A stretch of DNA of 64,000 bases from Selenomonadaceae bacterium (GCA_017475745.1 JAFVEZ010000047.1:10125-74124), one strand, 5' to 3'. Shown: positions 9,736-19,203, counted from the stretch's first letter. Notes: a model not told the origin generated them from the sequence alone. Numbers and translations: made by a program.

Positions 9736-10443
9736 ATGATAAAAATGACCTCTATGAAAAAGAAATTTTTGACCGGCATGCTTACAGGTGCTTTGTTCTT
9801 TGTGGGCGGCTTGGGAAGTTACAGGGCTTTTGCTGCAGAGTGTCCTGAAAACATTAATCAAATGCCTAAATTTGGGCAAATGGGACATCACGGCATGAAA
9901 TCTCACATGCCAAAACTCTCGGAAGAGCAAATTAATGAGCTTTCAAAGAATATCGCTGAAAAATATGGCTTAGAAGAAGCTGAAATCTCACAAGCATTGA
10001 AAGATCGCAATAACAATCTTCATGATATCAAAGTTGCTGCAATGCTCGCCAAGATCAGCGGTAAAAGTTTTACCTCAGTACTAGAAATGAAGAGCAACTG
10101 GTGGCAAGTTGGAGAGAAGTTAGGTGTCACTTCCGATCAAGTTAAAGACTTTTTCAAACAAGAAATGGCAGAAAAACTCGCCAATGAAAGCTCACTTGAT
10201 ACCAAAATCATTGACGATTTGATTAAAGACGGTTACAATCCTCATGACATTGTCATTGCAGGAAAAATTGCAAAGACCGCGAATAAAAATGTAAAGAGTG
10301 TTTTGGCAAAGAAGAAGATTAACAACACTTGGAGTGAAGTTGCGAAAGATTTTGGCGTTGACATTAAAGAGATTATGCCAAAATACAGCAACTTTAAAGG
10401 AAATCATTTTAATCGCGGCTTCGGTATGACGAATGATAAATAA
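9736..10443 (+). CDS. secreted hypothetical protein with a His/Met-rich stretch and two internal repeats
   Basis: The signal peptide is 'MKKKFLTGMLTGALFFVGG...FAA'. It is followed by 'MGHHGMKSHM'. A unit of about 45 aa is duplicated ('HDI(K/V).A..(L/I)AK......SVL...K....W..V(G/A)..(L/F)GV'). The start is probably the ATG at 9745 or 9754. Confidence 0.6.
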   Translation: MIKMTSMKKKFLTGMLTGALFFVGGLGSYRAFAAECPENINQMPKFGQMGHHGMKSHMPKLSEEQINELSKNIAEKYGLEEAEISQALKDRNNNLHDIKVAAMLAKISGKSFTSVLEMKSNWWQVGEKLGVTSDQVKDFFKQEMAEKLANESSLDTKIIDDLIKDGYNPHDIVIAGKIAKTANKNVKSVLAKKKINNTWSEVAKDFGVDIKEIMPKYSNFKGNHFNRGFGMTNDK

Positions 10444-10484
10444 ATTCAAAATCTTCTTCTGATCAATATTGAACAGAGAGGTAA

Positions 10485-11153
10485 ATGAATATGCTGAAAG
10501 TCAAGATTTGCGGGATAAAAACTCTTGAGACGGCTGTTGAGGCTGATCGAGCTGGTGCAGATTTAATCGGATTTATCTTCTATCCAAAGAGTTCAAGATT
10601 TATCAATCCATTTAAGGCTGCGGAGATAGCCAAATCAATAAACTGTAAAAAAGTCGGCGTGTTTGTTGACGAAAATCCCGGAACCATTAATGGTATTGCT
10701 AGACTCGTAGGTCTTGACTATGTGCAGCTTCACGGCAATGAAGATGCGAAGTTCGCTGCAAAAATTCGCCGTGTTCCAATAATAAAGGCTTGGCGCTACA
10801 ATGATGAGCTTGATATGCGTGAGGTCAACAAATATCCTAGTGACTATATTCTGTTTGACAGTTTCGTTAAAGATAGAATTGGCGGCACAGGAAAAACTTT
10901 TGATTGGCACAAAGCATCGCTTGAGACTCGTAAGTTGACCAAGCCTTTCTTTATTGCAGGCGGTATATCAAAACAGAATGTTCAAGAAGTCGTTAAAATA
11001 TTTAGACCTTATGGCATAGATTTGTCCGGCTCCTTAGAGATTAAAGGTGTCAAATCTATCCATAAGATTCGTGACTTTATGGATTGGGTAAATAACTTAC
11101 GCGGAGAAGAGAATATCTCTACATCTTCTGATGAGGTTGTGTTATCTAAATAA
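10485..11153 (+). CDS. trpF: phosphoribosylanthranilate isomerase
   Basis: 'KICGIKTLETA', 'DLIGFIFYPKSSRFI' and 'QLHG' match the PRAI TIM-barrel family. It is isolated from other trp genes. Confidence 0.85.
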   Translation: MNMLKVKICGIKTLETAVEADRAGADLIGFIFYPKSSRFINPFKAAEIAKSINCKKVGVFVDENPGTINGIARLVGLDYVQLHGNEDAKFAAKIRRVPIIKAWRYNDELDMREVNKYPSDYILFDSFVKDRIGGTGKTFDWHKASLETRKLTKPFFIAGGISKQNVQEVVKIFRPYGIDLSGSLEIKGVKSIHKIRDFMDWVNNLRGEENISTSSDEVVLSK

Positions 11154-11192
11154 ATATGCTATGATGTTGCAATGAGAATAGGAGGTGGCATC

Positions 11193-11660
11193 ATGCAATT
11201 AAAATTTTTATTATTTTTGATTTGTCTTCTCGGTTTGAATATTTCTATTTGTTCGGCGTCAAAGGTCTTTAATGCTGAACAGGCAGCTATTGGCGGAATA
11301 TCAGTCGGCAGCAGTACAGAATATATAAGGAGTATTTACGGCGATCCTAATAAAATACGCGTTGATGAGGACTCAATCAATTCGGACTCTCAAACTTGGT
11401 ACTATGGTGACACTTTTATGATTGATTTTGTCAATGGAATAGCTTCTTGCGTTGTTACTTCAGGTAATAACGGATTGACGACACCAGCTGGAATTACTGT
11501 TGGCATGAAGAAAAAAGAAATGACTTCAAAGTATGGCAGTCCTAAAACTACAGATAAGTATGGCAATCGCGCTATTTATACCTATCAAACTACAAGTGGC
11601 ATTGGAATGGTATTTGTCATTCGTGACGGCATAATCTCAGAAATTCGTGTAAAACAATAA
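11193..11660 (+). CDS. secreted hypothetical protein with two BamE/SmpA-OmlA-like repeats
   Basis: AGGAGG lies 7 nt before the ATG at 11193. The signal peptide is 'MQLKFLLFLICLLGLNISICSA'. The motif 'I(S/T)VG....(Y)..(Y/K)G.P' occurs twice. Confidence 0.55.
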   Translation: MQLKFLLFLICLLGLNISICSASKVFNAEQAAIGGISVGSSTEYIRSIYGDPNKIRVDEDSINSDSQTWYYGDTFMIDFVNGIASCVVTSGNNGLTTPAGITVGMKKKEMTSKYGSPKTTDKYGNRAIYTYQTTSGIGMVFVIRDGIISEIRVKQ

Positions 11661-11669
11661 GGTGAAACA

Positions 11670-12581
11670 ATGGAAGCAATTAAACCGTTGTTATTGGACT
11701 TCTTGCAGCCTGATGACTTTTTTGATAATATACTGGTCATTGAGAGTGTCGACTATTTGCCGCAGCTTCGAGAGAGGTATCCAAAGGCTGGGATATTCGC
11801 AGTCGTCAAAGACGAAGATACTGTGGATAAATTTGCAGGACTTGATGTTGAGTTTCATGTAATTGATTATCGTGAAGAGCGCCTGCCGTTTGAAGAAGAA
11901 TTTTTTGATACAATCATTGGTGACTTAACGCTTGAGGTTGTGATTAATCCACAGGACATTGCTGCCGGTTTCAGCACTTACCTCAAGCAGACTGGAGTTT
12001 GGATTACTAGTTTTAGAAATATTCGCCATTGGTCTGTCATTGATAAGTTGATGCGAGGACGCTTTGGCGGCATTGTTTCAAGACTCTATGCTAAAGTTGA
12101 ATTTGAGCGCTTATGTTATGCTTCATTTTATAAAGAAGTCAGAATGATGCCCGTCGTTAAAACTGCGCCCAAGGGTTTGATTGATAAGCTGGTAGAATGT
12201 GGATTTGAGAATATCAATAATGATTTAGAGACGGAGTTTTGGTTGATTCGTGCATCACGATCAATGCCGGAGCTTTCACTTCTAAAGTCAATGTACACTT
12301 TGGAGCAGCGGCAGAAACTTTCAATCATTCTTCACCGAATTGAATATGGTATCGAAACAGAAGCAAGTGTCAAGAAGTTCTGGCACCTCTACGACAAGAT
12401 TGGATTATTTCCTGATTATACTGCTGCATTTATCAGATCGGTCGTTATCCACCGTGAAAGATTTTACAAGACTTTGATTGCCAAGTCCAATGATCGAAGT
12501 GAGATTGAGGAAATATTATCGGCAGCGGAAGAGGTCAACGAGATGGAACCTGCTTTAGTTGCCGGTGGTGTCTTTAGATAA
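11670..12581 (+). CDS. methyltransferase-fold protein with a non-canonical SAM motif I, plus a C-terminal helical domain
   Basis: 'DTIIGDLTLEVVINPQDIAAGFSTYLKQTGVWITSF' resembles the class I MTase post-II/III region. The GxGxG position reads 'IESVD'. Confidence 0.4.
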   Translation: MEAIKPLLLDFLQPDDFFDNILVIESVDYLPQLRERYPKAGIFAVVKDEDTVDKFAGLDVEFHVIDYREERLPFEEEFFDTIIGDLTLEVVINPQDIAAGFSTYLKQTGVWITSFRNIRHWSVIDKLMRGRFGGIVSRLYAKVEFERLCYASFYKEVRMMPVVKTAPKGLIDKLVECGFENINNDLETEFWLIRASRSMPELSLLKSMYTLEQRQKLSIILHRIEYGIETEASVKKFWHLYDKIGLFPDYTAAFIRSVVIHRERFYKTLIAKSNDRSEIEEILSAAEEVNEMEPALVAGGVFR

Positions 12582-12606
12582 TGATAATGAATTGGAGGAA
12601 TTAGAC

Positions 12607-13818
12607 TTGAACGAAAGTACTCAACAAATATTTGACAAAGATGCAAGAGATTATTTACCGGTGTTTAATCGTTATAAGATAGTTGTCGATCACGGTGAAG
12701 GCGTCTATACCTACGACAACGAGGGCAACAGATATATTGATTTCCTTGCAGGCATTGCTGTCAATGTCCTTGGACACAACTATAGGCCGCTTGTTACGGC
12801 AATCGCAGAGCAAGCGGCTAAAGTCATTCACATTTCTAATCTGTACTATACTAAACCTCAAGCGGACGCTGCTTCCAAACTTGTCAAACTCAGTGGGCTT
12901 GGACGTGCCTTCTTCTGCAATAGCGGCGCTGAAGCTAACGAAGGTGCCATTAAGATTGCCCGCAAATTTGCCCACAATATCGACAAGGACAAGTCACAGA
13001 TAATCACTGCCTGGAACAGTTTTCACGGTCGTACTCTTGCCACTTTAACGGCAACGGGTCAGCCACATTATCAACACGGTTATGAGCCTTTACCTGGCGG
13101 CTTTGACTATGTTCACTATAATGACATTGACGAACTTGAGAAGACGATGAGCGACAAGACTTGTGCCGTCATGCTGGAAACTATCCAAGGTGAGGGTGGT
13201 GTCTATCCTCCTAAGGGTGATTATCTCAAACAAGTCCGCGAACTCTGTAACAAGTACAATGCACTGCTGATTCTCGACGAGATTCAAGCGGGTATCGGGC
13301 GCAGTGGCAAGTTCTTTGCTTATGACAAGTATAACATCAAGCCGGACATAGTAACGCTTGCCAAAGGTCTTGCAGGCGGAGTGCCGATTGGTGCCTTTAT
13401 TACTACGGAAGAGGTTGCAGCAGCCTTCAAACCTGGCGATCATGGTACTACCTTTGGTGGAAATCCTCTTGCCTGTGCCGCCGCTAATGTTGTTCTTGAT
13501 ACCGTTCCTGACGAAAAGTTCCTCAACAATGTCATTGAGGTTGGTAAGTACTTCAAAGAGACCCTATATAATCTCAAGAGTAAATATCCAGAACTGATTG
13601 TTGATGTCCGCGGCGAAGGATTAATTCTCGGTGCAGAGTTGAGCGATCAGAATAAGCTTACAGGTGTAGAGATCGTCAACGAGTGCATGAAGCGCGGCGC
13701 TATAATCAACTGTACTGTTGGTAAGGTGTTGAGATTCATTCCACCGTTGATTATCACCAAAGATCACGTTGATGAAGTTATAAGTATTCTCGATGCTGTT
13801 ATGAATACTAGTAAATGA
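12607..13818 (+). CDS. argD: acetylornithine aminotransferase (class III PLP aminotransferase)
   Basis: 'GIAVNVLGH', 'FCNSGAEANEGAIK', 'DEIQAGIGRSGK' and the PLP lysine context 'TLAKGLAGG' are present. GGAGG lies 8 nt before the TTG at 12607. The track start at 12559 overlaps the upstream gene. Confidence 0.85.
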   Translation: MNESTQQIFDKDARDYLPVFNRYKIVVDHGEGVYTYDNEGNRYIDFLAGIAVNVLGHNYRPLVTAIAEQAAKVIHISNLYYTKPQADAASKLVKLSGLGRAFFCNSGAEANEGAIKIARKFAHNIDKDKSQIITAWNSFHGRTLATLTATGQPHYQHGYEPLPGGFDYVHYNDIDELEKTMSDKTCAVMLETIQGEGGVYPPKGDYLKQVRELCNKYNALLILDEIQAGIGRSGKFFAYDKYNIKPDIVTLAKGLAGGVPIGAFITTEEVAAAFKPGDHGTTFGGNPLACAAANVVLDTVPDEKFLNNVIEVGKYFKETLYNLKSKYPELIVDVRGEGLILGAELSDQNKLTGVEIVNECMKRGAIINCTVGKVLRFIPPLIITKDHVDEVISILDAVMNTSK

Positions 13819-13840
13819 CACTTTGTGTATAATAAATAAG

Positions 13841-13875
13841 ACTGCCACATTAGTTGTGTGACAGTTCTTTTATTT
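13841..13875. terminator. hairpin terminator between convergent argD and rpsR
   Basis: ACTGCCACA/TGTGACAGT forms a stem with 8 of 9 positions paired. It is followed by 'tcttttattta'. Confidence 0.5.
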
Positions 13876-13890
13876 ATGTCGACAATATTT

Positions 13891-14121
13891 TTAGTCTGCA
13901 GTGAACGGAAGAAGTGCGATATTTCTTGCACGTTTGATTGCCACTGTTACCTGGCGCTGATGTTTAGCACAGTTGCCGCTGATACGGCGCGGCAAAATCT
14001 TTCCGCGTTCAGTGATAAATCTGCGAAGTTTCGCAGCATCTTTATAATCAATATTTTCAATCTTATCAACACAGAAGGCACAAACTTTTCTGCGTGGTCT
14101 TCTGCCTCTCTCTCGTCTCAT
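13891..14121 (-). CDS. rpsR: 30S ribosomal protein S18
   Basis: '[15 protein letters not shown]...[15 protein letters not shown]' is canonical S18. It is the last gene of rpsF-ssb-rpsR. Confidence 0.97.
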   Translation of the reverse strand: MRRERGRRPRRKVCAFCVDKIENIDYKDAAKLRRFITERGKILPRRISGNCAKHQRQVTVAIKRARNIALLPFTAD

Positions 14122-14154
14122 TGAGAAATCCTCCTCTCAATTAATGCTTCGGAC

Positions 14155-14634
14155 TTAGAACGGAATGTCAATATCTCCATCTCTGCCCTTGGAATTTCCA
14201 CTGTCAATCATGTCATCTCCGCCACTAAATGATGGATCAGAAGACCTGTCACTTGAGTAACCAGAATGTCCATAACTTGAGTTAGAATAACCACCATCGC
14301 TGTCTTGACGTTTTGAATCCATAAATTCAATGTTGTCTGAAACGACCTCAGTGATATAACGCTTTGAACCGTCTTGGGTTTCGTAACTTCGAGATTGTAT
14401 TCTGCCCTCAACGAGGACTTTTCTACCCTTTGAAAGATATTTTCCGCAAAACTCAGCCGATTTGTCCCAAGCAACTACATTAATAAAATCCGTTGAATTT
14501 TGCGTCTGACCCTCCACAGGCCTTTTCCAAGATCTATTGACAGCAACCACAAGGGAAGCTACTGCCTTACCGGATTGTGTATAACGAACTTCGGGATCAC
14601 GAGCAAGATTGCCCGTTATAATAACTCTGTTCAT
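14155..14634 (-). CDS. ssb: single-stranded DNA-binding protein
   Basis: The OB-fold begins 'MNRVIITGNLARDPEVRYT'. A Gly/Ser-rich tail ends in the acidic tip 'DIDIPF'. Confidence 0.96.
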   Translation of the reverse strand: MNRVIITGNLARDPEVRYTQSGKAVASLVVAVNRSWKRPVEGQTQNSTDFINVVAWDKSAEFCGKYLSKGRKVLVEGRIQSRSYETQDGSKRYITEVVSDNIEFMDSKRQDSDGGYSNSSYGHSGYSSDRSSDPSFSGGDDMIDSGNSKGRDGDIDIPF

Positions 14635-14636
14635 AA

Positions 14637-14930
14637 TTAAGCCTCTTTCTCATCGGAACGAACGATCATATGCTTAAGAAGCTCATCAGTGATCTTCATA
14701 ACACGATCGCACTCGTCAACGCAAGCAGGCTCACAGGTAACATAGAAGAGAACATAATAGCCCTCAACCTCGTTTTTGATCTCATAAGCAAGACGCTTCT
14801 TGCCCCAGCGATCTTCCTTGTCAACCGTACCGCCGTTAGCCGCTATAAGCTTGGAGAACTTTTCGATGACAGCATTGATAGCTTCTTCTTCAAGCGGCTT
14901 GACGATAAATACTACTTCGTATTTTCTCAC
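14637..14930 (-). CDS. rpsF: 30S ribosomal protein S6
   Basis: 'RKYEVVFIVKP...RWGKKRLAYEI' is present. GGAGG lies 9 nt upstream of the GTG at 14930. Confidence 0.95.
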   Translation of the reverse strand: MRKYEVVFIVKPLEEEAINAVIEKFSKLIAANGGTVDKEDRWGKKRLAYEIKNEVEGYYVLFYVTCEPACVDECDRVMKITDELLKHMIVRSDEKEA

Positions 14931-15038
14931 AAAAAACACCTCCTCTTTGGACTGTGGCTCCGCTCATTCAACAAAATTAATGTCGGAGCAGGGAAGACTG
15001 TAAACGAGTTGCAAAACAACTCATTTAGACAACAATTT

Positions 15039-15067
15039 ACTATATCACTTTTTTACAAAATAATCAA
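15039..15067 (-). promoter_or_regulatory. predicted sigma-A type promoter of rpsF-ssb-rpsR
   Basis: The minus strand reads TTGATT-N17-TATAGT. Confidence 0.45.
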
Positions 15068-15162
15068 GTGTTTTTTGTTATATAATTTCAAGGATCCGGA
15101 TTTTCAGATTCATTAAGGATTTTATTTATATTTAATCTTCACTAACTACCTTTATGATATGC

Positions 15163-15191
15163 TTGACTATCTTGAATTGGAATGGTAATAT
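15163..15191 (+). promoter_or_regulatory. predicted promoter of ileS (extended -10)
   Basis: TTGACT-N17-TAATAT, with TG two bases upstream of the -10. It lies about 25 nt before the ileS start. Confidence 0.5.
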
Positions 15192-15215
15192 GTTTGGAGA
15201 TTTAAAGAGGAGTGA

Positions 15216-18200
15216 ATGAATTTGTACAATAAGGTAGATACTAACTTGAACTTTGCAAGCCGTGAGAAGGAAGTCGAGAACTTCTGGAAAGAACAGGATA
15301 TTGCCAACAAAGCCATTGAGCAGCGCGAGGGCTGTCCAGATTATACATTCTATGACGGCCCACCGACTGCCAACGGTCAACCACACATTGGGCACGTCTT
15401 GACACGTGTCATTAAAGACCTATTCCCACGCTATCAATCAATGAAAGGCAAGAAAGTTCTCCGCAAGGCAGGCTGGGATACTCACGGTCTGCCGGTTGAG
15501 ATTGAGGTTGAGAAGTTGATCGGCATCAGTGGTAAGGAACAGATCGAGAGCTACGGCATTGAGCCATTTATCAAGAAGTGCCGTGAATCTGTCTGGAAGT
15601 ACAAGGGCATGTGGGAAGAGTTCAGTGGCGTTGTCGGCTTCTGGGCGGATATGGATCACCCATATATAACCTACGAGAACGACTATATTGAATCATGCTG
15701 GTGGGCGCTGAAGCAGATTTTTGAGAAGGGCTTGCTCTACAAAGGCCACAAGGTCGTGCCTTACTGCCCGCGCTGTGGTACTCCATTGTCAAGTCACGAA
15801 GTTGCTCAAGGTTACAAAGATGTCAAAGAGCGCTCCGCTATGGTCAAATTCAAGGTCAAAGGTGAAGATGCCTATTTCCTCGCTTGGACCACTACACCTT
15901 GGACACTGCCTTCAAATCTTGCTCTCTGCGTCAATGCCAAGGTAGATTATGTCAAGATCAAGGTTGCCGATACCGTCTACATCTTGGCTGAAGCTCTCGT
16001 CGATTCTGCCTTTGACGGCATTGAGAGTGAGCGTACAATCCTTGAGAAGTTCAAGGGTGCTGACCTTGAGGGCAAAGAGTATGAGCCGCTTTATCCATTT
16101 GCTGATGAGATCGTCGCCAAGGGCGGCAAGAAGGCTTTTTATGTAGTCTGTGATGATTATGTCACCACTGAGGACGGCACTGGCATTGTCCACATTGCGC
16201 CTGCTTTTGGTGAAGATGACAACCGCGTCTGCCGCAAGTACGATATGCCGTTCGTACAGTTTGTCGACGGTAAGGGCAATATGACTGCTGAGACTTATTG
16301 GGCAGGCACCTTTGTTAAAGATGCTGATCCGCTTATTCTCGACGACCTCAAGAAGAGTGGTAAACTCCTTAAGGCGCCAAAATTTGAGCACAGTTATCCT
16401 CACTGCTGGCGTTGCGACACTCCGCTCATTTACTATGCCCGTGAAAGCTGGTTTATCAAGATGACTGCCGTCCGTGATGATCTCCTCAAGAACAACGATA
16501 CCGTCAACTGGATACCACCTGCGATTGGCAAAGGTCGCTTCGGTGATTGGCTGGAGCATGTGCAGGATTGGGGAATTAGCCGCAACCGCTATTGGGGTAC
16601 TCCGCTAAATATTTGGCAATGTGATTGCGGTCACTTGCACTCAATCGGCTCTATTGAGGAGTTGAAAAAACTCTCAAAGAATTGTCCAGATGACATTGAG
16701 CTTCACCGCCCGTATGTTGACAACGTGACCATTGAGTGTCCAAAGTGTCACCATGATATGCACCGTGTACCGGAAGTCATTGATTGTTGGTTCGACAGCG
16801 GTGCAATGCCCTTTGCACAGTGGCACTATCCGTTCGAAAATGAGGACATCTTCAAGGAGAGATTCCCAGCGGACTTTATCAGTGAGGCAGTCGATCAGAC
16901 GCGCGGTTGGTTCTACTCATTGATGGCAATCTCAACGCTTCTCTTCAATGTGTCGCCGTTCAAAAACTGTATAGTTCTTGGACATGTGCAGGACAAAGAC
17001 GGTCAGAAGATGTCCAAGTCCAAGGGCAATGCCGTCAACCCGATGGACGAGTTGAGAGCGCATGGTGCCGATGCCATTCGCTGGTACTTCTACTCCAATT
17101 CCGCGCCGTGGTTGCCGAATCGCTATCACGCCGGTGCTGTTGAGGAATGTCAACGCAAGTTCATGGGTACACTTTGGAACACTTATGCATTCTTCGTCCT
17201 CTACGCCAATATTGACAACTTCGATGCGACTAAATATAATCTCGATTATGATAAACTCAGCGTTATGGATAAGTGGTGTTTGTCGCGTCTCAACACCACC
17301 GTCAAGACCGTTGATGACTGCCTAACAAATTACAAGGTTACCGAAGCTGCCAAGGCACTACAGTCCTTCGTTGATGAACTTTCCAACTGGTTTGTCCGCA
17401 GAATTCGTGCAACGTTCTGGGCGAAGGGCATGGAGCAGGATAAGATCAACGCTTACATGACCCTTTACACCGCGCTTGTCACTCTTGCCAAGGCCGCTGC
17501 ACCTATGGTGCCATTCATCACTGAGAGTATTTACCGCAACCTCGTCTGCTCAATCGACAAGACTGCGCCGGAGAGTATCCATCTCTGCGACTATCCGACT
17601 GCCGAAGAATCAATGATTGACGCCGACCTTGAGCGCAATATGGAGCTGGTGCTTGAGATTGTCGTCCTCGGTCGCGCTGCAAGGAATGAAACCAACCTCA
17701 AGAATCGTCAACCACTTGCGGAGATGTACGTCAAAGCGCCTAATGCTTTGAGTGACTTCTTCGTTGAGATAGTTGAAGATGAACTTAACATCAAGCGCGT
17801 CGAGTTCAAAGACAACATGGACGAATTCATTAGCTACAACATCAAACCTAACTTCCGTGTTCTCGGCAAGAAGGTTGGCAAGGCAATGCCGCAGGTGAAG
17901 GCTGCTCTTGATACTATTGACGCTGCTGCCGCCAAGGCTGCTCTTGATAAGGGCGGTGACTTCAAGTTGGTCCTCAGCTCCGGCGAAGAGGTTACACTGA
18001 CGAGCGAGGACGTTGAGATCAACATGACCCAAAGTGAAGGTTTCAACTGCCAGAAGTATGGAGAAGTCACAATCGCTCTCTCGACAACCCTCACACCTGA
18101 GCTTATTGAGGAAGGCTTCGTTCGCGAGATCATCAGCAAAGTCCAGACTATGCGCCGTGACAGTAACTTCGAGGTCATGGACAAGATCACCGTCAGCGTC

Positions 18201-18359
18201 TTCGGCAATGCCAAGCTGGAGGATATCATCAAGCGCAACGAGGAAGAAATCAAGCGCATTGTTCTTGCTGAGGTCATTGAATATGGCAAGCCTGCCGACA
18301 ACGCCAAGGAATGGAACATCAACGGCGAGAATATCAGCCTGTACTTGACAAAGCTTTAA
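15216..18359 (+). CDS. ileS: isoleucine--tRNA ligase (long, type-2-like form)
   Basis: 'PPTANGQPHIGH' (HIGH) and 'KMSKSKGN' (KMSKS) are present. It has the CP1 editing insertion and is 1047 aa. Confidence 0.96.
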   Translation: MNLYNKVDTNLNFASREKEVENFWKEQDIANKAIEQREGCPDYTFYDGPPTANGQPHIGHVLTRVIKDLFPRYQSMKGKKVLRKAGWDTHGLPVEIEVEKLIGISGKEQIESYGIEPFIKKCRESVWKYKGMWEEFSGVVGFWADMDHPYITYENDYIESCWWALKQIFEKGLLYKGHKVVPYCPRCGTPLSSHEVAQGYKDVKERSAMVKFKVKGEDAYFLAWTTTPWTLPSNLALCVNAKVDYVKIKVADTVYILAEALVDSAFDGIESERTILEKFKGADLEGKEYEPLYPFADEIVAKGGKKAFYVVCDDYVTTEDGTGIVHIAPAFGEDDNRVCRKYDMPFVQFVDGKGNMTAETYWAGTFVKDADPLILDDLKKSGKLLKAPKFEHSYPHCWRCDTPLIYYARESWFIKMTAVRDDLLKNNDTVNWIPPAIGKGRFGDWLEHVQDWGISRNRYWGTPLNIWQCDCGHLHSIGSIEELKKLSKNCPDDIELHRPYVDNVTIECPKCHHDMHRVPEVIDCWFDSGAMPFAQWHYPFENEDIFKERFPADFISEAVDQTRGWFYSLMAISTLLFNVSPFKNCIVLGHVQDKDGQKMSKSKGNAVNPMDELRAHGADAIRWYFYSNSAPWLPNRYHAGAVEECQRKFMGTLWNTYAFFVLYANIDNFDATKYNLDYDKLSVMDKWCLSRLNTTVKTVDDCLTNYKVTEAAKALQSFVDELSNWFVRRIRATFWAKGMEQDKINAYMTLYTALVTLAKAAAPMVPFITESIYRNLVCSIDKTAPESIHLCDYPTAEESMIDADLERNMELVLEIVVLGRAARNETNLKNRQPLAEMYVKAPNALSDFFVEIVEDELNIKRVEFKDNMDEFISYNIKPNFRVLGKKVGKAMPQVKAALDTIDAAAAKAALDKGGDFKLVLSSGEEVTLTSEDVEINMTQSEGFNCQKYGEVTIALSTTLTPELIEEGFVREIISKVQTMRRDSNFEVMDKITVSVFGNAKLEDIIKRNEEEIKRIVLAEVIEYGKPADNAKEWNINGENISLYLTKL

Positions 18360-18399
18360 TAAGTGTTAAAAGTCTCATAATAAATATCATCATTAAAAA

Positions 18400-18431
18400 A
18401 CTGCCACAGCTTATGCGGCAGTTAATTTTTT
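18400..18431. terminator. intrinsic terminator between convergent ileS and deoD
   Basis: Stem ACTGCC/GGCAGT. It is flanked by AAAAAA on the 5' side and TAATTTTTT on the 3' side. Confidence 0.6.
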
Positions 18432-18444
18432 GGTGTACTAGGAT

Positions 18445-19200
18445 TTAATCTTCTATAGCGGTCTCTAAAGCAATTTTCACCATATCATTGAAGGTTGTCT
18501 CTCTCTCATGAGACGGTATCCTCTCATGCGTCAAAAGTTGGTCACTCACCGTAAAGATTCCCAATCCTTGAACGCCGGCTTCTGCTGTCAAAAGATAAAG
18601 TGCAGCAGTCTCCATCTCAACTGCAAGTATTCCGTACTGCACCAACTTCTCATTTAGTGATCGCTTGCCGTCGCCGAAGACACCATTGATATCATCATAG
18701 TCATTGTAAAATCTGTCAGTACAAATGATGTTGCCGACTTCAACAGACATATTGAGCTTACGGGCATTGTTGACGGCTTTTTCCAAGAGGTTAAAGTTGG
18801 CGATAAGTGCATAATTTACGGCACCGCCAAAGACTTGGTGAATGATCGAGGAATCAGTCGTCACGCCTTGAGCGACGATAACATCGCGAAGCTTGGCATC
18901 CTCGTGCATACCGCCGCAAGTGCCGACGCGGAGAAGCTTCTTGGCACCGTAGACATTGATAAGCTCGTGAACATAAATCGAGAATGAAGGAATACCCATA
19001 CCTGTAGCCTGTACCGAGATCGGTACGCCCTTATACTTGCCGGTATAGCCGTAGACATTGCGAATGTCCGTGTAGAGTTTGACATCTTCCATGAAAGTTT
19101 CAGCAATGTGTTTTGCTCTAAGTGGATCACCAGGCAACAAAACTCTCTCAGCGATATCTCCAATATTTGCTGCATTGTGAGGTGTACTCATTAATACCAC
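18445..19200 (-). CDS. deoD: purine nucleoside phosphorylase (DeoD-type, PNP/UDP family)
   Basis: 'LLPGDPLRAKHIAE', 'SVQATGMGIPS', 'RVGTCGG' and 'EMETAALY' are present. The start is probably the ATG at 19191. Confidence 0.88.
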   Translation of the reverse strand: MVLMSTPHNAANIGDIAERVLLPGDPLRAKHIAETFMEDVKLYTDIRNVYGYTGKYKGVPISVQATGMGIPSFSIYVHELINVYGAKKLLRVGTCGGMHEDAKLRDVIVAQGVTTDSSIIHQVFGGAVNYALIANFNLLEKAVNNARKLNMSVEVGNIICTDRFYNDYDDINGVFGDGKRSLNEKLVQYGILAVEMETAALYLLTAEAGVQGLGIFTVSDQLLTHERIPSHERETTFNDMVKIALETAIED

Positions 19201-19203
19201 TCC

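Noticed and set aside
12559-12606. The upstream start of argD at 12559.
   Set aside because: It overlaps the preceding gene by 23 nt and adds a non-conserved N-terminal extension. The TTG at 12607 has a GGAGG at proper spacing.
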